A stretch of 64,000 nt of DNA, taken from NCBI GenBank assembly GCA_037447605.1, contig CM074809.1:424689-488688 (forward strand), written 5' to 3'. The position numbers and the translations under genes were made by a program. The stretch comes from Zygnema circumcarinatum SAG 698-1b. Its lineage: Eukaryota > Plantae > Zygnematophyceae. Position 1 is the first letter of the stretch. Every line of letters begins with the position of its first letter. This document shows, piece after piece, positions 13,858-26,164 of the stretch. The notes beneath the pieces are model-generated. The model saw only the letters and a list, made by a program, of their open reading frames with translations. It ran no database searches and had not been told where the DNA came from.

Positions 13858-16605
13858 CTATTCCTTCCTCTCTACTCCTTCCTCTCCCCCTCCTTTCACC
13901 GTTCCCTCCTTCCCTTGCCCCTCACTCAGCCTCTCCTTCTCTTCTCCTTTCATCACCTCCGATTCCACCGGTACTTCGCTCTGCGGAACCTCTACCACCA
14001 CTTCTATCGGAGGCGCTTCCTCCAATTCGATCTCTGAAATCTTGAATATCGATATTCCGTGTGGCGCCAAGTTGAACGCTTTCACAGCGCATATAAATAC
14101 AAGACAGCAAACAAGAAAAAAAGTACAAGAAGTCCCCGCTACCACTACTGCCACTAACGTCCAGTCGACCGTCTCATTCCACCCTCCATTGGTGCGCTCC
14201 TGGCCATCAAAAGCAGGTGGAGTGGGGCAAGGGGAAGGAAACCCTGCTCCACAGAAGGCGGAGTTGTTGTAGAAAGCGGAGGCATTAAAGCGGGAAAGTG
14301 TTCCGGGAACTGCCCCGGAAAGAAAGTTGTGGGAGACATTGAAGAAGGAGAGGCTGCTATCGTTGCCTATACCCTCAGGAATGCTGCCCGTAAGGCTGTT
14401 TCTTGAGAGATCAAGGTATTGAAGCTGGAGATTGGCGATATCTTCAGGAATAGAGCCGGAGAAGTGGTTATTCGAGAGGTCGACAACTTCAAGAAAGACG
14501 TTTGAGCTGAAAGAAGGGAGTACTCCTTCGAGAGCGTTGTCACTAAGATCGACGGTTGAAAGGCTTTCTGGGAGTTCTGGAAGCGAGCCAGTTAGAAAGT
14601 TCTGCGATAAGTTGAGTCGTACAAGTGAAGGAAGCTGGAGAAGGCTCGCAGAAATATTTCCAGAGAAAGCATTCCCTGCGAGCTGAAGTGAATGAAGTCG
14701 ATTATTGCTGTTGAATACAGAAGGAAGAGGCCCTGATAAAGAGTTTTGTCTCAGATCCAAGTCAAGCAAATTATCCGCATTTGCAAGAGCGGAGGCAGGA
14801 AAAGACCCGAAAAGCCTATTGCCCTGCAGGGAGAGAGTGGTGAGGGAGGAGCTCTGTAAGAACTTGGAGTCGAGAGAGGTGTTGAAATTGTTCCAACTGA
14901 GGTCGAGTGAAAGCAGCCCTTGTAAAGTAAATAAAGAGCCCGGAATTCCACCTGTTAGCTCGTTATTGCTCAGGTCTACCTCGACTAATGCAGGAGCATT
15001 TTCAGCCAAACTTTCCGAAATAGGGCCAAGGAATCTATTGCTCGAAAGGTCGAGACTTCGAAGAGACCTCCAAGTCTTCCCCTCCGGAAGACTCCCATTG
15101 AGAGAGTTGGAACTAAGGTTTAAGCTCTGCAAGATGGGGAGGTTCCCAAGCTGAGCAATTCCGCCGGAAAGATTGTTCTCTTGCAGCCGAAGGTCAGCAA
15201 GGTTGGGGCAGTCAGAAAAGCTGGGAGGAATAGCTCCACTTAAACGGTTTCCATGCGCCCAAAAGCTGACAAGGTTCTCACAGAACAAAGAGGGAATGGG
15301 TCCTGTCAGATTGTTCGACTGAATGGTAAAATCCTGCAAGCTTTTCAACCCTGTAAACTCCCCAGGAATCTCGCCACTGAAATTGTTATCCTCCAGAGAC
15401 AAGATATTCAGCTCCTTGAGCTCACTTAGGGTTGCAGGAAGCTCCCCAGAGAGCGAATTTGAAGCAAGCGCGAGCGAAAACAGCGACCCACACTTTCCAA
15501 TTGCGGTCGGAATTTCCCCGACGAAATTGTTCGTGTGCAGGTCCAAGTACTGAATTAAGGGCCGCGAATTCTCGCAGAGCTTGGTAAGAAACTCGCTGAT
15601 GTTTCCTGAGAGGGAGTTTCCATGGACATCAAAAGTGTACCATGACCCAAAAGCAAGCTCGATGGGTAAAGGTCCTGTGAGGTTATTGGTAGAAAAGTTG
15701 ATTTCAACCCCTTGGGAATGATTCAAACGACCAAACTCCGCCGGAATGCTCCCGTTCAAGTTGTTGTCACTGAGGCTCAAATCTTTGAGAGTCGAAATTC
15801 GTGCTAAGTTTGAAGGTATGGGCCCCACCAAGTTCATGAACTCAAAGTGAACAATGGACAAGTTTTGGGGCCACAAAAACCCATCTCCCGGAAGGGTCGA
15901 AATCTCCAAATTGAAGAGGTTGTTGATCCAAACCTCTTGCAAGTTCGTGAGGTTTTGTAGCCATGGCGGAAACCTCCCCGTGAAGCTATTGCCGGTGAGA
16001 AACAGATGTTGGAGTGAAGTTAGGTTCCCAAGAGGGAGCTCATGCAACTTGCCGGTGAAGTTGTTGGTGGTGAGATCGAGAGATTGAAGGCCATGCATGT
16101 GAGCAATGGCTCCCAAGTCTCCCCCAATATTTTGTCCACCCAATGTGAGGGTCTCTAGGGAGGTCATGTTGGCCCAGCTCTTGGGAATGTGGCCGGACAA
16201 GAAGTTGTTGGAGAGGTCGAGGTCGCGGAGGAGAGGGAGAGAGGAGAGAGAGGGAGGGAGGGTGCCATGGAGGCCGGAGGAGAGAGAGAGGGAGAGGACT
16301 CGTACGGAGCCGTCGGAAGCTTCGCCGCAGGTGACGCCCTCCCAGCAGCACGCCGCCGAGGACTCGCTCACATTCCAAGTGGCGAGCTCGCCCTCGTTTA
16401 AGTCAAAGCTTGACTTTGCCGCGAGGAGGGTCTGGACGTCGGCGGGGGAGAGCGCCAAGCTACAGCTTGCGGTGACTTTATCGAAAAAGAGGGGGAGGAG
16501 GAGGGAAAGGAAGGTGAGGAGAGGGAGAGGGAGAGGGAGAGGCTTAGGTCGACGGGGATGGAGCGGTATTGGGAGGGGAAGGGAGGGAGGAGCAGGAGCA
16601 GCCAT
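13858..16605 (-). CDS. Single-exon LRR receptor-like protein (~915 aa): signal peptide, LRRNT, plant LRR array, TM, short acidic tail, no kinase
   Basis: Lies within ORF 13858-16836; the likely start is the Met at 16605 (MAAPAPP...LLTFLSLLLPLFF). LRRNT CCWEGVTC, many LxxLxLxxNxLsGxIP repeats, cap FYNNSAFCG, TM WTLVAVVVAGTSCTFFLVCCLVFICAV, Glu-rich tail to stop. Confidence 0.9.
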   Translation of the reverse strand: MAAPAPPSLPLPIPLHPRRPKPLPLPLPLLTFLSLLLPLFFDKVTASCSLALSPADVQTLLAAKSSFDLNEGELATWNVSESSAACCWEGVTCGEASDGSVRVLSLSLSSGLHGTLPPSLSSLPLLRDLDLSNNFLSGHIPKSWANMTSLETLTLGGQNIGGDLGAIAHMHGLQSLDLTTNNFTGKLHELPLGNLTSLQHLFLTGNSFTGRFPPWLQNLTNLQEVWINNLFNLEISTLPGDGFLWPQNLSIVHFEFMNLVGPIPSNLARISTLKDLSLSDNNLNGSIPAEFGRLNHSQGVEINFSTNNLTGPLPIELAFGSWYTFDVHGNSLSGNISEFLTKLCENSRPLIQYLDLHTNNFVGEIPTAIGKCGSLFSLALASNSLSGELPATLSELKELNILSLEDNNFSGEIPGEFTGLKSLQDFTIQSNNLTGPIPSLFCENLVSFWAHGNRLSGAIPPSFSDCPNLADLRLQENNLSGGIAQLGNLPILQSLNLSSNSLNGSLPEGKTWRSLRSLDLSSNRFLGPISESLAENAPALVEVDLSNNELTGGIPGSLFTLQGLLSLDLSWNNFNTSLDSKFLQSSSLTTLSLQGNRLFGSFPASALANADNLLDLDLRQNSLSGPLPSVFNSNNRLHSLQLAGNAFSGNISASLLQLPSLVRLNLSQNFLTGSLPELPESLSTVDLSDNALEGVLPSFSSNVFLEVVDLSNNHFSGSIPEDIANLQLQYLDLSRNSLTGSIPEGIGNDSSLSFFNVSHNFLSGAVPGTLSRFNASAFYNNSAFCGAGFPSPCPTPPAFDGQERTNGGWNETVDWTLVAVVVAGTSCTFFLVCCLVFICAVKAFNLAPHGISIFKISEIELEEAPPIEVVVEVPQSEVPVESEVMKGEEKERLSEGQGKEGTVKGGGEEGVERKE

Positions 16606-18113
16606 GGCTGTGGGGGAGTGCGGAGGGCGAGAGAGGGTGCGGGGAGGGAGGGAGGGAGGGAGGGAGGGAGGGAGGGAGGGAGGGAGGGAGGGAGGGAGGG
16701 AGGGAGGGAGGGAGGGGAGGGAGGGAGGGGAAGGGGAGGGAGAAGAGGGTCCGAGGACGGACGTCACCAAGCGGCGGCATGACGCCAGCAGCCATGGGCC
16801 GCGGGCGGCCTGGCATAAAGCGGCGCCGGTAATCACGTTGGCCGGCGACGGCGGCCGTATGGTTTGACCGTACTATTTTGTCGTTACGGTCTCAATTGGC
16901 CAACCGTTAGCCCTATTAAGGGATCAACTACCATTAAAGCCAATCAAAATGTGCCACGTGGAAACAAAGTAGGTACTAGGGACACGTCGCGATTTGAAGA
17001 AAATTTTGCGCGATCTCTCCGTACGAGAGGGACTAGGGGAGGGACTTCCTCCACAGGTGTCGGGGATGCCATCTGGTGACGTGACAGACTGCGATTCGCT
17101 CCGCGTAGCGGGGGACCGTACAGCGGAGACCCGCCCGAGAAGTCGGCGGAGGCTGAGGATGACGACAAGTTTTTGGCAAAAATATGGATGAGTTTTCGGG
17201 GAAAGTTCCGGCCGGGTTTTGGAGAAATGGTTTTTGTTGGGTCGCGGTTTGGCAGACAGAGGCTCCCAATAATAATAGTTTCGATTCTGTCCTTTTTAGA
17301 ACATCAGGGCTATGGTACTGATCTGGAGAAATCAAAGGCAGCACCGCGGTTTGCGTTTTAATACGGTATCGTGAGAGGTACAAGTACGTATTTTGAATTT
17401 TTATTGTTTTCGAAGTATTTTCGAAAATTGATGCATACGACCACTTATTTTGGGAAAAAAACAAAAAAAAGGGGAAAACTAGCTGCCGTCAGTAACCATT
17501 TTGCTGACGTCTTCGTTTCCGGCTGATGATAGACGGTCTCATTTGTCGTATTCAGGGGGAGAAAAAAACAAGTGTGCACGACCGCCGGCCGCAGGGCATT
17601 AAGTAATTGATTTCTGTCGTTTTGGCTGACAATTTGTCGGCATTACATTTAACGGTGCCGCCCACTTGCCAGTTTCCCCCTGACGGCTCCTGAGCGGCCG
17701 TACATAAACGTCATGATACGCTTTGACCCATATTCTTGTACTCTAAGCTGAGCCGTCCATGACCATGTCGGTTCAATCTGACCCGTCCGTTCATCCACGA
17801 ACGTTCGCAAGCTGCCGGCCCAAGTTGTAAATTCGAACGGCCGTCCGTACGTCCCCATAGGTCCAAACTCCCCTATGAGACAAAACTCACCACGTGGACC
17901 AATAACGTCTGACTCGCCGATTGCCGAACTCCCTCGATAATTTCAACCGTTGACCGTCAGTTTGGTCAATGCACACGTGCGGGAGCCCAGCCAATCAGGG
18001 GCCCACGTATTCTCCGGTTTTTTGTCGCGCAGCGCATCTTGAATTCTTGATCGGATGACCGTTGACCGCCCGTTCCTGGCCAAGGTACGGACTACACGTT
18101 TGTCGTCCGTATA

Positions 18114-19160
18114 GGAGAATGATGGACGCTCCCCCTTTTTTGGATATCCTTTCCCCCTGATTTCTTTTTGAGAAGCAAAAATATGTTAGTGCCTGCCCGA
18201 ATCCGCTCGGAGCGGAAGATCCGTCCTGATCGCAGGTGCGAGTGCGCGCGTCCTTCACACTTGCGGTGAATCTCAGCCGTCTCTCTCCCAGATCGTACCA
18301 CGGCGACCGTTCGATCTGCAGTATTTCACGCTCGGTCCCAGCGAATTGCACGCACCCACGTGTCTCGGTAAGTAGGGATGGCCCGCGTTATAAAGTCCGA
18401 CTATATTATATACTTTACAACGGGTTTAAAAGTAGTAATATAGTAAAAAGTAAAACACTTTATTACATATATTATACCCACTCGTTTTGAACAATTAATG
18501 ACCGTACGACCGTATTCATACGGTCGTACGGTCGTTCCATACCAAAATTAGGTCGTTTTGGCGTTGGCGTTGCGAAATGCGTCCGTCTGGTTCACACTGT
18601 CTTCACCGCATAATACCGTACAGTCATACGACCGTACGACCGTACATGTTGTAAAGGCGTTGTAAAGTATTATATAACAGCCCTTATTTAGTCGTCACAG
18701 TTATATAATATAATATATATTATATAGTCGTAATTAAGCCATCCCTATCGGTAAGACGGTCAGACGGTAAGTTCGCGGACGGCACGCCGTGGCGCCTGGA
18801 CGCGTCCGTACGGATGTAAGTACTGTACTGTAACCGAATCGGTTTCGTACAATAAAAATACGAACGCAGCTTCGAGGAAAGTCGAAGTTACCATATAGGG
18901 CCTGAACCAATCACAATTTGCTACGTCATACAAGAGAACACGTGGCAGATAATGATTGGCTTCCAATTTTCCGCAGGCTGGCCGGTCCAGCTCATAGTTT
19001 TCCGGAGATCTCGGGCCGAGGGACGCGCGCACTCGCACCTGCGATCCGGACGGATCTTCCGCTCCGAGCGGATTCGGGCAGGCACTAACATATTTTTACC
19101 TCTCAAAAAGAAATCAGGGTGAGAGGATATCCAAAAAAGGGGGAGCGTCCATCATTCTCC
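18114..19160. mobile_element. Non-autonomous DNA transposon with ~140-bp TIRs and 8-bp TSD (Mutator-like)
   Basis: 18114-18253 (GGAGAATGATGGACGCTCCCCC...) is the near-perfect reverse complement of 19021-19160. TCCGTATA flanks both ends (18106-18113, 19161-19168). Confidence 0.9.
18373..18747. mobile_element. hAT-type (Ac/Ds-like) MITE nested in the 18114-19160 element
   Basis: TIR TAGGGATGGC/GCCATCCCTA resembles the Ac/Ds YAGGGATGAAA end. 8-bp TSD TCGGTAAG (18365-18372, 18748-18755). Internal perfect 16-bp hairpin at 18500-18533. Confidence 0.9.
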
Positions 19161-19470
19161 TCCGTATATTGTACCGTACAGCCTTGTGAGTATCGGGATA
19201 TATCATCGTACTGTCAGTCCGATATACGAACCACGGTACAGGTCACTACGGGCTGATGGAAACCCACCCTGAGGCGTATGCCGTAACGGCTTTGCCGTCC
19301 CGTGCCGCTCCGTTCTGTTCCGCCCGACGGACATTTTAACTGAGCCTCTCCCGCCTGTGCTGAGCAGCCGCGTGCCCCATGAGGACATGTTCGGACCAAT
19401 GTCATGTTGCACAACGACTCTTGTTGCACAACATCAAGCGACGTCCAAACTTGCAAAAATTAAAGAAAAT

Positions 19471-20205
19471 GATAACTATATACCCCCCCCCCTTTTTTTA
19501 GTTATTTCGCCCCTGTTTTTTTGATATCCCACCCTCCCATTTTGGCTATTCCACCCCCTGTTTTGGGATATCCCTCCCCCTATTTTGGATATTCCCCCCT
19601 GTTTTATCCTTCCCACACATAAGCGCAACGTCCGTAAAGACATTCGCAGAGAGAGAGAGAGAGTGAGCAGAAGAGAGAGCAAAGGAGAGAGAGAGAGTGA
19701 GCAGAAGAGAGAGCAAAGGAGAGAGAGAGAGTGAGCAGAAGAGAGAGAGCAGAGGAGAGAAAGACTAGAGGAGAGAGAGCACAGGAGAGAGGGCAGATGA
19801 GAGAAGAGGAGAGAGAGAGAGAGACCTCTATCCTCGTAATTCCCCCCGCTACAGCATTGCAGGTACAGTCAGCGGCTATCGCTATGCTTGCCGATCTTGG
19901 CGTGAAATCCTTCCTGCTTGTAGTGCTTGGTTATGACTTATACAAGCTCATTGCGAGTCTTATACTCAGTCATTTGTGTGGAGATTGCAAACCAGGAAGA
20001 GGAGGGGACGGGAGGGGAGAGGACGGGAGGGGCGGGAAAAAGATTCCCTCCTGAAATATTCAAAATAGGGGGGTTATCTCCTCCCGAAATATCCAAAATG
20101 GGAGGGGGGGCGGAATAGACAAAATGGTAGGGTGGGATTACCAAAAATAATAGGGGCGGGATAACCAAAGGGGGGGGGGGGGGGTGGGGAATAGAAAAGT
20201 TCCCC
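19471..20205. mobile_element. Degenerate Mutator-like element related to 60820-61514
   Basis: Imperfect inverted arms at ~19480-19610 and ~20040-20200. TAAAGAAAA(T) is repeated at 19461-19470 and 20206-20215. Shares GGGGCGGGAAAAAGATT...CCCGAAATAT and ATTGCAAACC.GAAGAGGA with 61200-61430. Confidence 0.7.
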
Positions 20206-20269
20206 TAAAGAAAATAGCAGATACTGCACTACCTACACTTACACAATTCATTTTTTTTTTCATGTATAC

Positions 20270-20570
20270 TCGCACAAATATACACATCCATACATGCATA
20301 CACGCATACATGCATACATGCCTACAGACATCCATACATGCATACACACATCCATACATCCATACATACATACATACATCCATACATGCATACACACATC
20401 CATACATGCATACATGCATATATCCATACATGCATACATACATGCATAAACACATCCATGCATGCATACATGCATACATGCATACATACAAATATACATA
20501 CATGCATGCATGCATACGTACATACATACATGCATACGTACACACATACGTACATGGAAGTCTGCTTGCA
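20270..20570. repeat. (TACA/CATG)-based tetranucleotide microsatellite
   Basis: catacatgcatacatacatc... array; it generates the M/C/Y/V and H/T/I shadow ORFs. Confidence 0.95.
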
Positions 20571-21105
20571 TACATTCATACGTTTTTTTGTTTTTTCAAT
20601 GAGCAGACCCACAGCCACAGAAGCTGAGAAGCGCGACATGGGCCTCAGAAAGCTCTTCAGTGTGACGCGTCACTCAGCGAGGCAGGTTCCCTGTCAGTGA
20701 CAGTCCGTTGACTACACATTCGAGCAGAGAAATACTTGAAGGACATAAATAAAGATACAAGAAAAATGGGAGAAATTCACTTACTACTGTTTGTGGTGTA
20801 AAAGAAAGGAAAAAAAAGCGCTACTCCATCTAAAGAGTGGCCAAAACCAGTACATGACAGAAGCAGCTTCCGTTTCGAAGTTCACCTCCTGCTCCTCTCG
20901 CCGTCTCCTTATTCCGTCATCCTTTCTACATCTAGAAACGACCGGAGCGATAAAACCACGACTAAAAAAAAAAAATGAAGAAAAGAAAGGGGGGAGGGGA
21001 GGGGGGGGGGGGGGNNNNNNNNNNCTCTCCCCCTCCCTCCCTCTCTCCCCTCCCTCCCTCTCTCCCCTCCCTCCCTCCCTCTCTCCCCTCCCTCCTTCCC
21101 ACCCT

Positions 21106-24100
21106 TCAAGACTCCTCCGCTAGCCTCTCCTCCTCCTCTGTGGGCGTCGCAATGGGCTCCAACGCCTCCACGAGGTCCTTCATCTCCGGCCGCAGATCGG
21201 GGTTGATCTCAATGCAGTGCTTGGCGAGCTTCGCCAGCGTGGCGGCCTCCTTCCGGCCGTACCTCTTCCCCAAGTTCGGGTCCACTATGACGCTCAGGTT
21301 GATGTGCCGCTCCATCAGGTGCGGTCGCACCCACGCAGTGAGCGTCTTGTCGAGGTGGAAGGCAGCCTTCCTCCCTGTTAGAAGCTCAAGGAGGAGCACT
21401 CCGAAGGAGTATACGTCGCTCTTTGCTGTCAGATGGCCTGCACGCACAGAAAGAGGTAAGAAGAAGAGGTTTCGCTCTCGGGATTGTAGGGAAGCGGGAG
21501 AGAGAGAGCGAGAGACTCAACTTCTCTGTCTCTCTCACTCTCTCTCTCTCTCTTGCTTACGTGCTTACGCGCACAGACACAGACACAGAGATAGACTAGC
21601 TCTGTGAATTACCAAAAAGGATAATACGGTCTGATGGAGGTTCTCACGGAGACAGATGCTCAGTGTGGGCGCTTAGGGAGGGAGAAGGCAATGCTCGATG
21701 TTGAGCTGTATGGTTATGTGGGAAAAAGGAAAAGGGGGGGAAAATAGGAAAGGTCTAATACCTGATTCTGCATATTTCGGATCCAAGTAGCCGTACGTCC
21801 CTTTAACATTTGTTGTCACATGAGTTTGGTCGTTTGCGGCTCCAACCGCCAGGCCAAAGTCGGTAATTCTCACATTATAATCCTGTTTATAAAGCGCCGC
21901 CAATTAACAACACTTAGTATTAGTCTACAAATTTCCTCTAAGACTCTACCTCTTGTTAGTCTACAAAATTCCTCTAAGTCTCTACCTCTTGTGTAGAAGT
22001 GCCCCACAAAACTTTAGAGTCCAAGATGGGAGACTTCGGTTCCAAGAACAACAACACCTTATGGTTGGCCAATTTATGCCCTGCATCCACTCTTGCCAAA
22101 AAGCAATGCTCCCATATCTCACCCCATCCAGAAGCACATTTGAGGCCTTCACGTCTCGATGGATGACTCCATGGTCATGCAAAAAGGCGAGCCCTGACGC
22201 CGCCTGCCATGCAATGCGGCAACGCAACTCCCAAGAGAGGCAATTGGACGCATCTTTACCTGCGGGAGAGACGATGTATCTAGTTAAGGATCGTGGCTAG
22301 ATAATTGAGAAAGATAGGATGGAATAGGAGAGTTGAGGGGAAGAGGAAGGGAAGGGACCGGCAGGGAAAAGGGCAGGCAAAGGGGCATCTCCTCCGCCCC
22401 CCAAACTCCCTCCTTTCCATTGTTTCTTTCTGTCCCATTCCCATTCCTCTTACTTGAACCATGTCGATAAGTGTACAGAACATATCATGTGCTCGACAAA
22501 GTATATGTTAGAAGTTGGCTATAAGAAATTACCAGCCAAGCATGAAACAGCAGTTCCAACCGGCAGAAAATGAAACTCCATGGTACAGAATGATCAGATC
22601 TAACTCCCACGTCTAGAATTGCACACTTTTGCTGACTCCAATCTAGTGGGCAGCACAGCATAGCTCAAAGAGACCCCAAAGGAAAAAGTGGAGGAGGGGA
22701 AAGGGAGGAGAAGAGAGGAACATTCAAAAGGCCAAAAACTCCCTGCATGTTTCAGACCGTGGCAAAATTCCAAGGCTTTCATGCACATGAATAGCCAAAC
22801 AAAAGATTCAATCTCACCGAAGAGATGATAGTCGAGCGAGCCGTTGGCCATAAACTCGTACACCAAAAGGGCCTCCACTCCCCTGTTGTCTTGACAGAAC
22901 CCTAAAAGGCGAACAAGGTAGGGATGCTTCAGCCGTGCTAGAAGCACTACCTCCACCTGCAAGCAATGCAGCTTAGGAAAAGAATGAGAAACTGTGACAT
23001 GAAAACTGCGATTAGTTTCGCACACTGAAGACATAGAACCTCTCAGTTGCAGCCTTTGCAGACACGGCTGAAGAAACCACTGACCAGCCATTCTTTGAAG
23101 CCTTGAAAGCTGTCTGTGTTCAGTCGCTTAATGGCTAACTTTATCTTCTCATGAGGGGGCCCCTGCAGCCAATCATCTATCTGTCCAATGTATACTTTTC
23201 CGAAGCTGCCCTCTCCAAGAACGAACGATTCATTGAAGCTGTTTGTTGCCGTAGACAGTTCCTTAAGTGTGAACTTTCGGATTCCGTACTGCAAAGTGAT
23301 GGGAGCAGTCGCCGTATCTGCATCTGTAGTCAAGATGAGAGACAATGCTTTAGTGATTCATGAAACAGAAGATCGGTTTGAATGCATGAGAAGCTCACAT
23401 GATGCAAGTGGTGAAGGTGATGCGGTTCTAAATCCCTCCCAATAAGTAAAGCTATGACAGCATTTCAGTCCGGGATCTGCAAACACTCCAGCAAAGATAG
23501 AATGCATGTGGCACGATTCTTGATATTGAAGAGTTGACGCTCCTTATGATTCAACATTTGCCATTGCATGTGAGCAGAAGGCAAGTTTAAACCACCTGCG
23601 AAAAAAAATATATATTTTACTCCAATAGTTCATGTCTTTCTGTGTTTTGCAGGCTCTTCTCACAAAACAAACAAAACTTTGACTATGACTTTTTCCTTTT
23701 TGATATTCTAAACTTCCCTCAGTCAAAACTTTAGATTTTCTTAAATGTCTAACTGACTGGATACACAAAAAATACATATAGACTGGACTTTTGAATATGA
23801 CACCACTTTGAAAGCCCTCTGTCGCAGTGAGGCTGCAGCTCGCAAAGGATCGCTTCAAAGTACAGTTTGAACAGCAACACGGGCTAGCAAAGAAATGGGG
23901 CCAAAAATGAGGAATTCCCAATTAAACTAAGCCGAGTATTGAGCACTTCAACATCGAAGCTGACAAGGTAGCAATAGACTTGGGGGCTAGGAAGGGAGAC
24001 GGTGGGAGGGGAGGGCCTGCCGAGGCGTATAGCAGGCATAAGAATGTATGCGAGCAAAAAGGATATGTCATGTACACACCTAAATGTTTATCCGCAGAGG

Positions 24101-24996
24101 CAGCAAAGCCAAACCATCAATTCAAGTCAAACATTTCTAATCACTAGCCAACGAGCAAAATGCTTACGGCCACCAGTTTGCGGATTCGTAAGCACTATAT
24201 AGCGCCATAAACTAGAAACAAGTTGAAGGAATAAGGTGCTTTCAGAAGCTCACAGACTAGAAAACAGATAACTTTTTTGCTCACCTCCTTCACTACAAGG
24301 ACTAAGCAATTCTAAATTGGTAAGCTCAGATAACTACTTCTAAACGCTAGCTAAGAAGACGGTAATACCTCCACAAAGTGAGGATTGAGGACTCCATAAG
24401 AGACAGAACTAAGCCGGTTAAATGCAGTTCCTTACTTCAGGGACACTGTTTCTGTCACAAACACCCCAACAACTTCTATTTGATAGATCAGAAAAGCTCC
24501 AAAGTCAAGGAGGGAGGGGGGGGTGTCCATGGATAAAACCTCCACTGATTCTAGACCAAAGGTCACAGTATTTGCAAAAGAACGGCAAAAACAACACCGG
24601 AAGTTTCCATGGTTTCACATACAAAGGAAAACTTGAACGAAATAGTTTCCTTCGTCTAGAGAGCTTCGGCCCCACAATAGAAATGCGGCTTACTCTCTGG
24701 AACCCTACGACTGTAAGCTTACTATAGCCAGCTCTGAAATCTGTAACCCTGATCAGACCGAGTTTTTTCAGCAATATATTAAAGCAGATTCGAGCTCCCT
24801 AAGGAAATCTTCCCTTAGCTTGAAAAAAAGAGGGGAGAGCCATAGCCATGGACGCTAGAGTGCAAACAACAGCCGCATTATCACCGGCCAAACGAGCACA
24901 TTACTCCCGTTCACATGTCATTCGAGAGAAAAAAAACAAAGCGGGAGCTTTTAACAGACCTGAATTATTATCAAAGGAAGACAAACAACCCCCCAT
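21106..24996 (-). CDS. Receptor-like cytoplasmic kinase, RLCK-VII (PBS1/PBL/BIK1)-like, with N-acylation motif
   Basis: Exon 1 at 24960-24996 ([12 protein letters not shown]) splices in phase to 23085-23323 ([15 protein letters not shown]...[13 protein letters not shown]...[17 protein letters not shown]). Further exons give [37 protein letters not shown]...[18 protein letters not shown] and [23 protein letters not shown]...[12 protein letters not shown]. No TM or ectodomain. Confidence 0.9.
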
Positions 24997-26164
24997 CGAC
25001 ACCCTTTCTCCTCTCGATTTGCCTTCCGGAGAGTCGAGGTCGACCGACTGACCAGAGCACTGCTGTCAGCTGCTCTCAAGGAATGCAGGCAGCGACGCTC
25101 TCTTCTTCAAAATTTTCAAATCCAAAGACGAAAGCCATTCTGCCAGAATTAGGGTTACTCCGGCACCATCCTGCGCGACGCGCCCCGGAGACTCAACTGC
25201 ACAACTTCCGCATTCAGACGGAGAGTGCAAGAGTGAGCCTTCCTCTAACATGCAGACCGGATGAACGGGCTGTGGCTGCAGAGACGGGGAAGGAGAGTGA
25301 GAGGGGGAGAGAGAGGGAGATGGAGTGAGAGAGGGAGTGGGAGAGCGTGCGGGTGGTCAATTAGGGCTAAGGGTGGGTCCTGCCGCTGCCTTTAAGCCTA
25401 CGACTGTACGGACTGTACCAACGGCCAACCATTGTTTGCCAATGGTTGGCACTTTGCACGGGTTCCTTGACCTCCGGCCTGGCTCCAAACCTTTGACCAT
25501 TAGTCAGGACCTGACAAATCGTGAAGCTCAAAATCTTGTTCAGATAAGTCAAGTACGTACCAGCCTGGTTGCCGAATGACTAGAGGCACCTTAGTCGGCC
25601 TCACTCAACGGTCAGCCAGACGACCGTACTTCCATATTTACGTCATAGTGCGACGCCAATCTCATAGTGCGATTTGATTGTCATTTACATGTCGCATACA
25701 AGTCGCAGTATGGCTATATCTTCGCAGAATGTCGCAAAGCCAGTCGTCGGCCGCCACCTGTGACAGGAAATTCACTGCGATACCGGAGGGGGCATCAAAT
25801 CATTGACGCAGTGTCGATGGGGCTAGTCGGTGCTGAGAGGCGCTGACTTGCACCGGCCTACGGCTGACAGGATGGACCTAAATCAATGAAAGAACTTGTA
25901 CGGCCATCCTGACAGGGGCGCTGACCATGTAATGGTGAATCGCCACGTATAGCGTGCCTCGTGCGGCCGCATACGACGACAAAGGTCACAAAGCAAACGG
26001 CGAGGCAGGAGTGTCGAGGGAGAGGAAGCCTGCGGCGACTGTGGGGGGGGAGGAGGAGGAAGGTGGGAGGAGGCAGGAGGGAGGGAGGGAGGGAGGGAGG
26101 GAGTGAGTGAGGGAGGGATAAAGGAAGGGAAAAAGGGAGGAAGGGAAGAAGGGAGGGAGAAGCC

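Noticed and set aside
20138-20700. M/C/Y/V- and H/T/I-rich ORFs
   Set aside because: Frames of the (TACA)n microsatellite.
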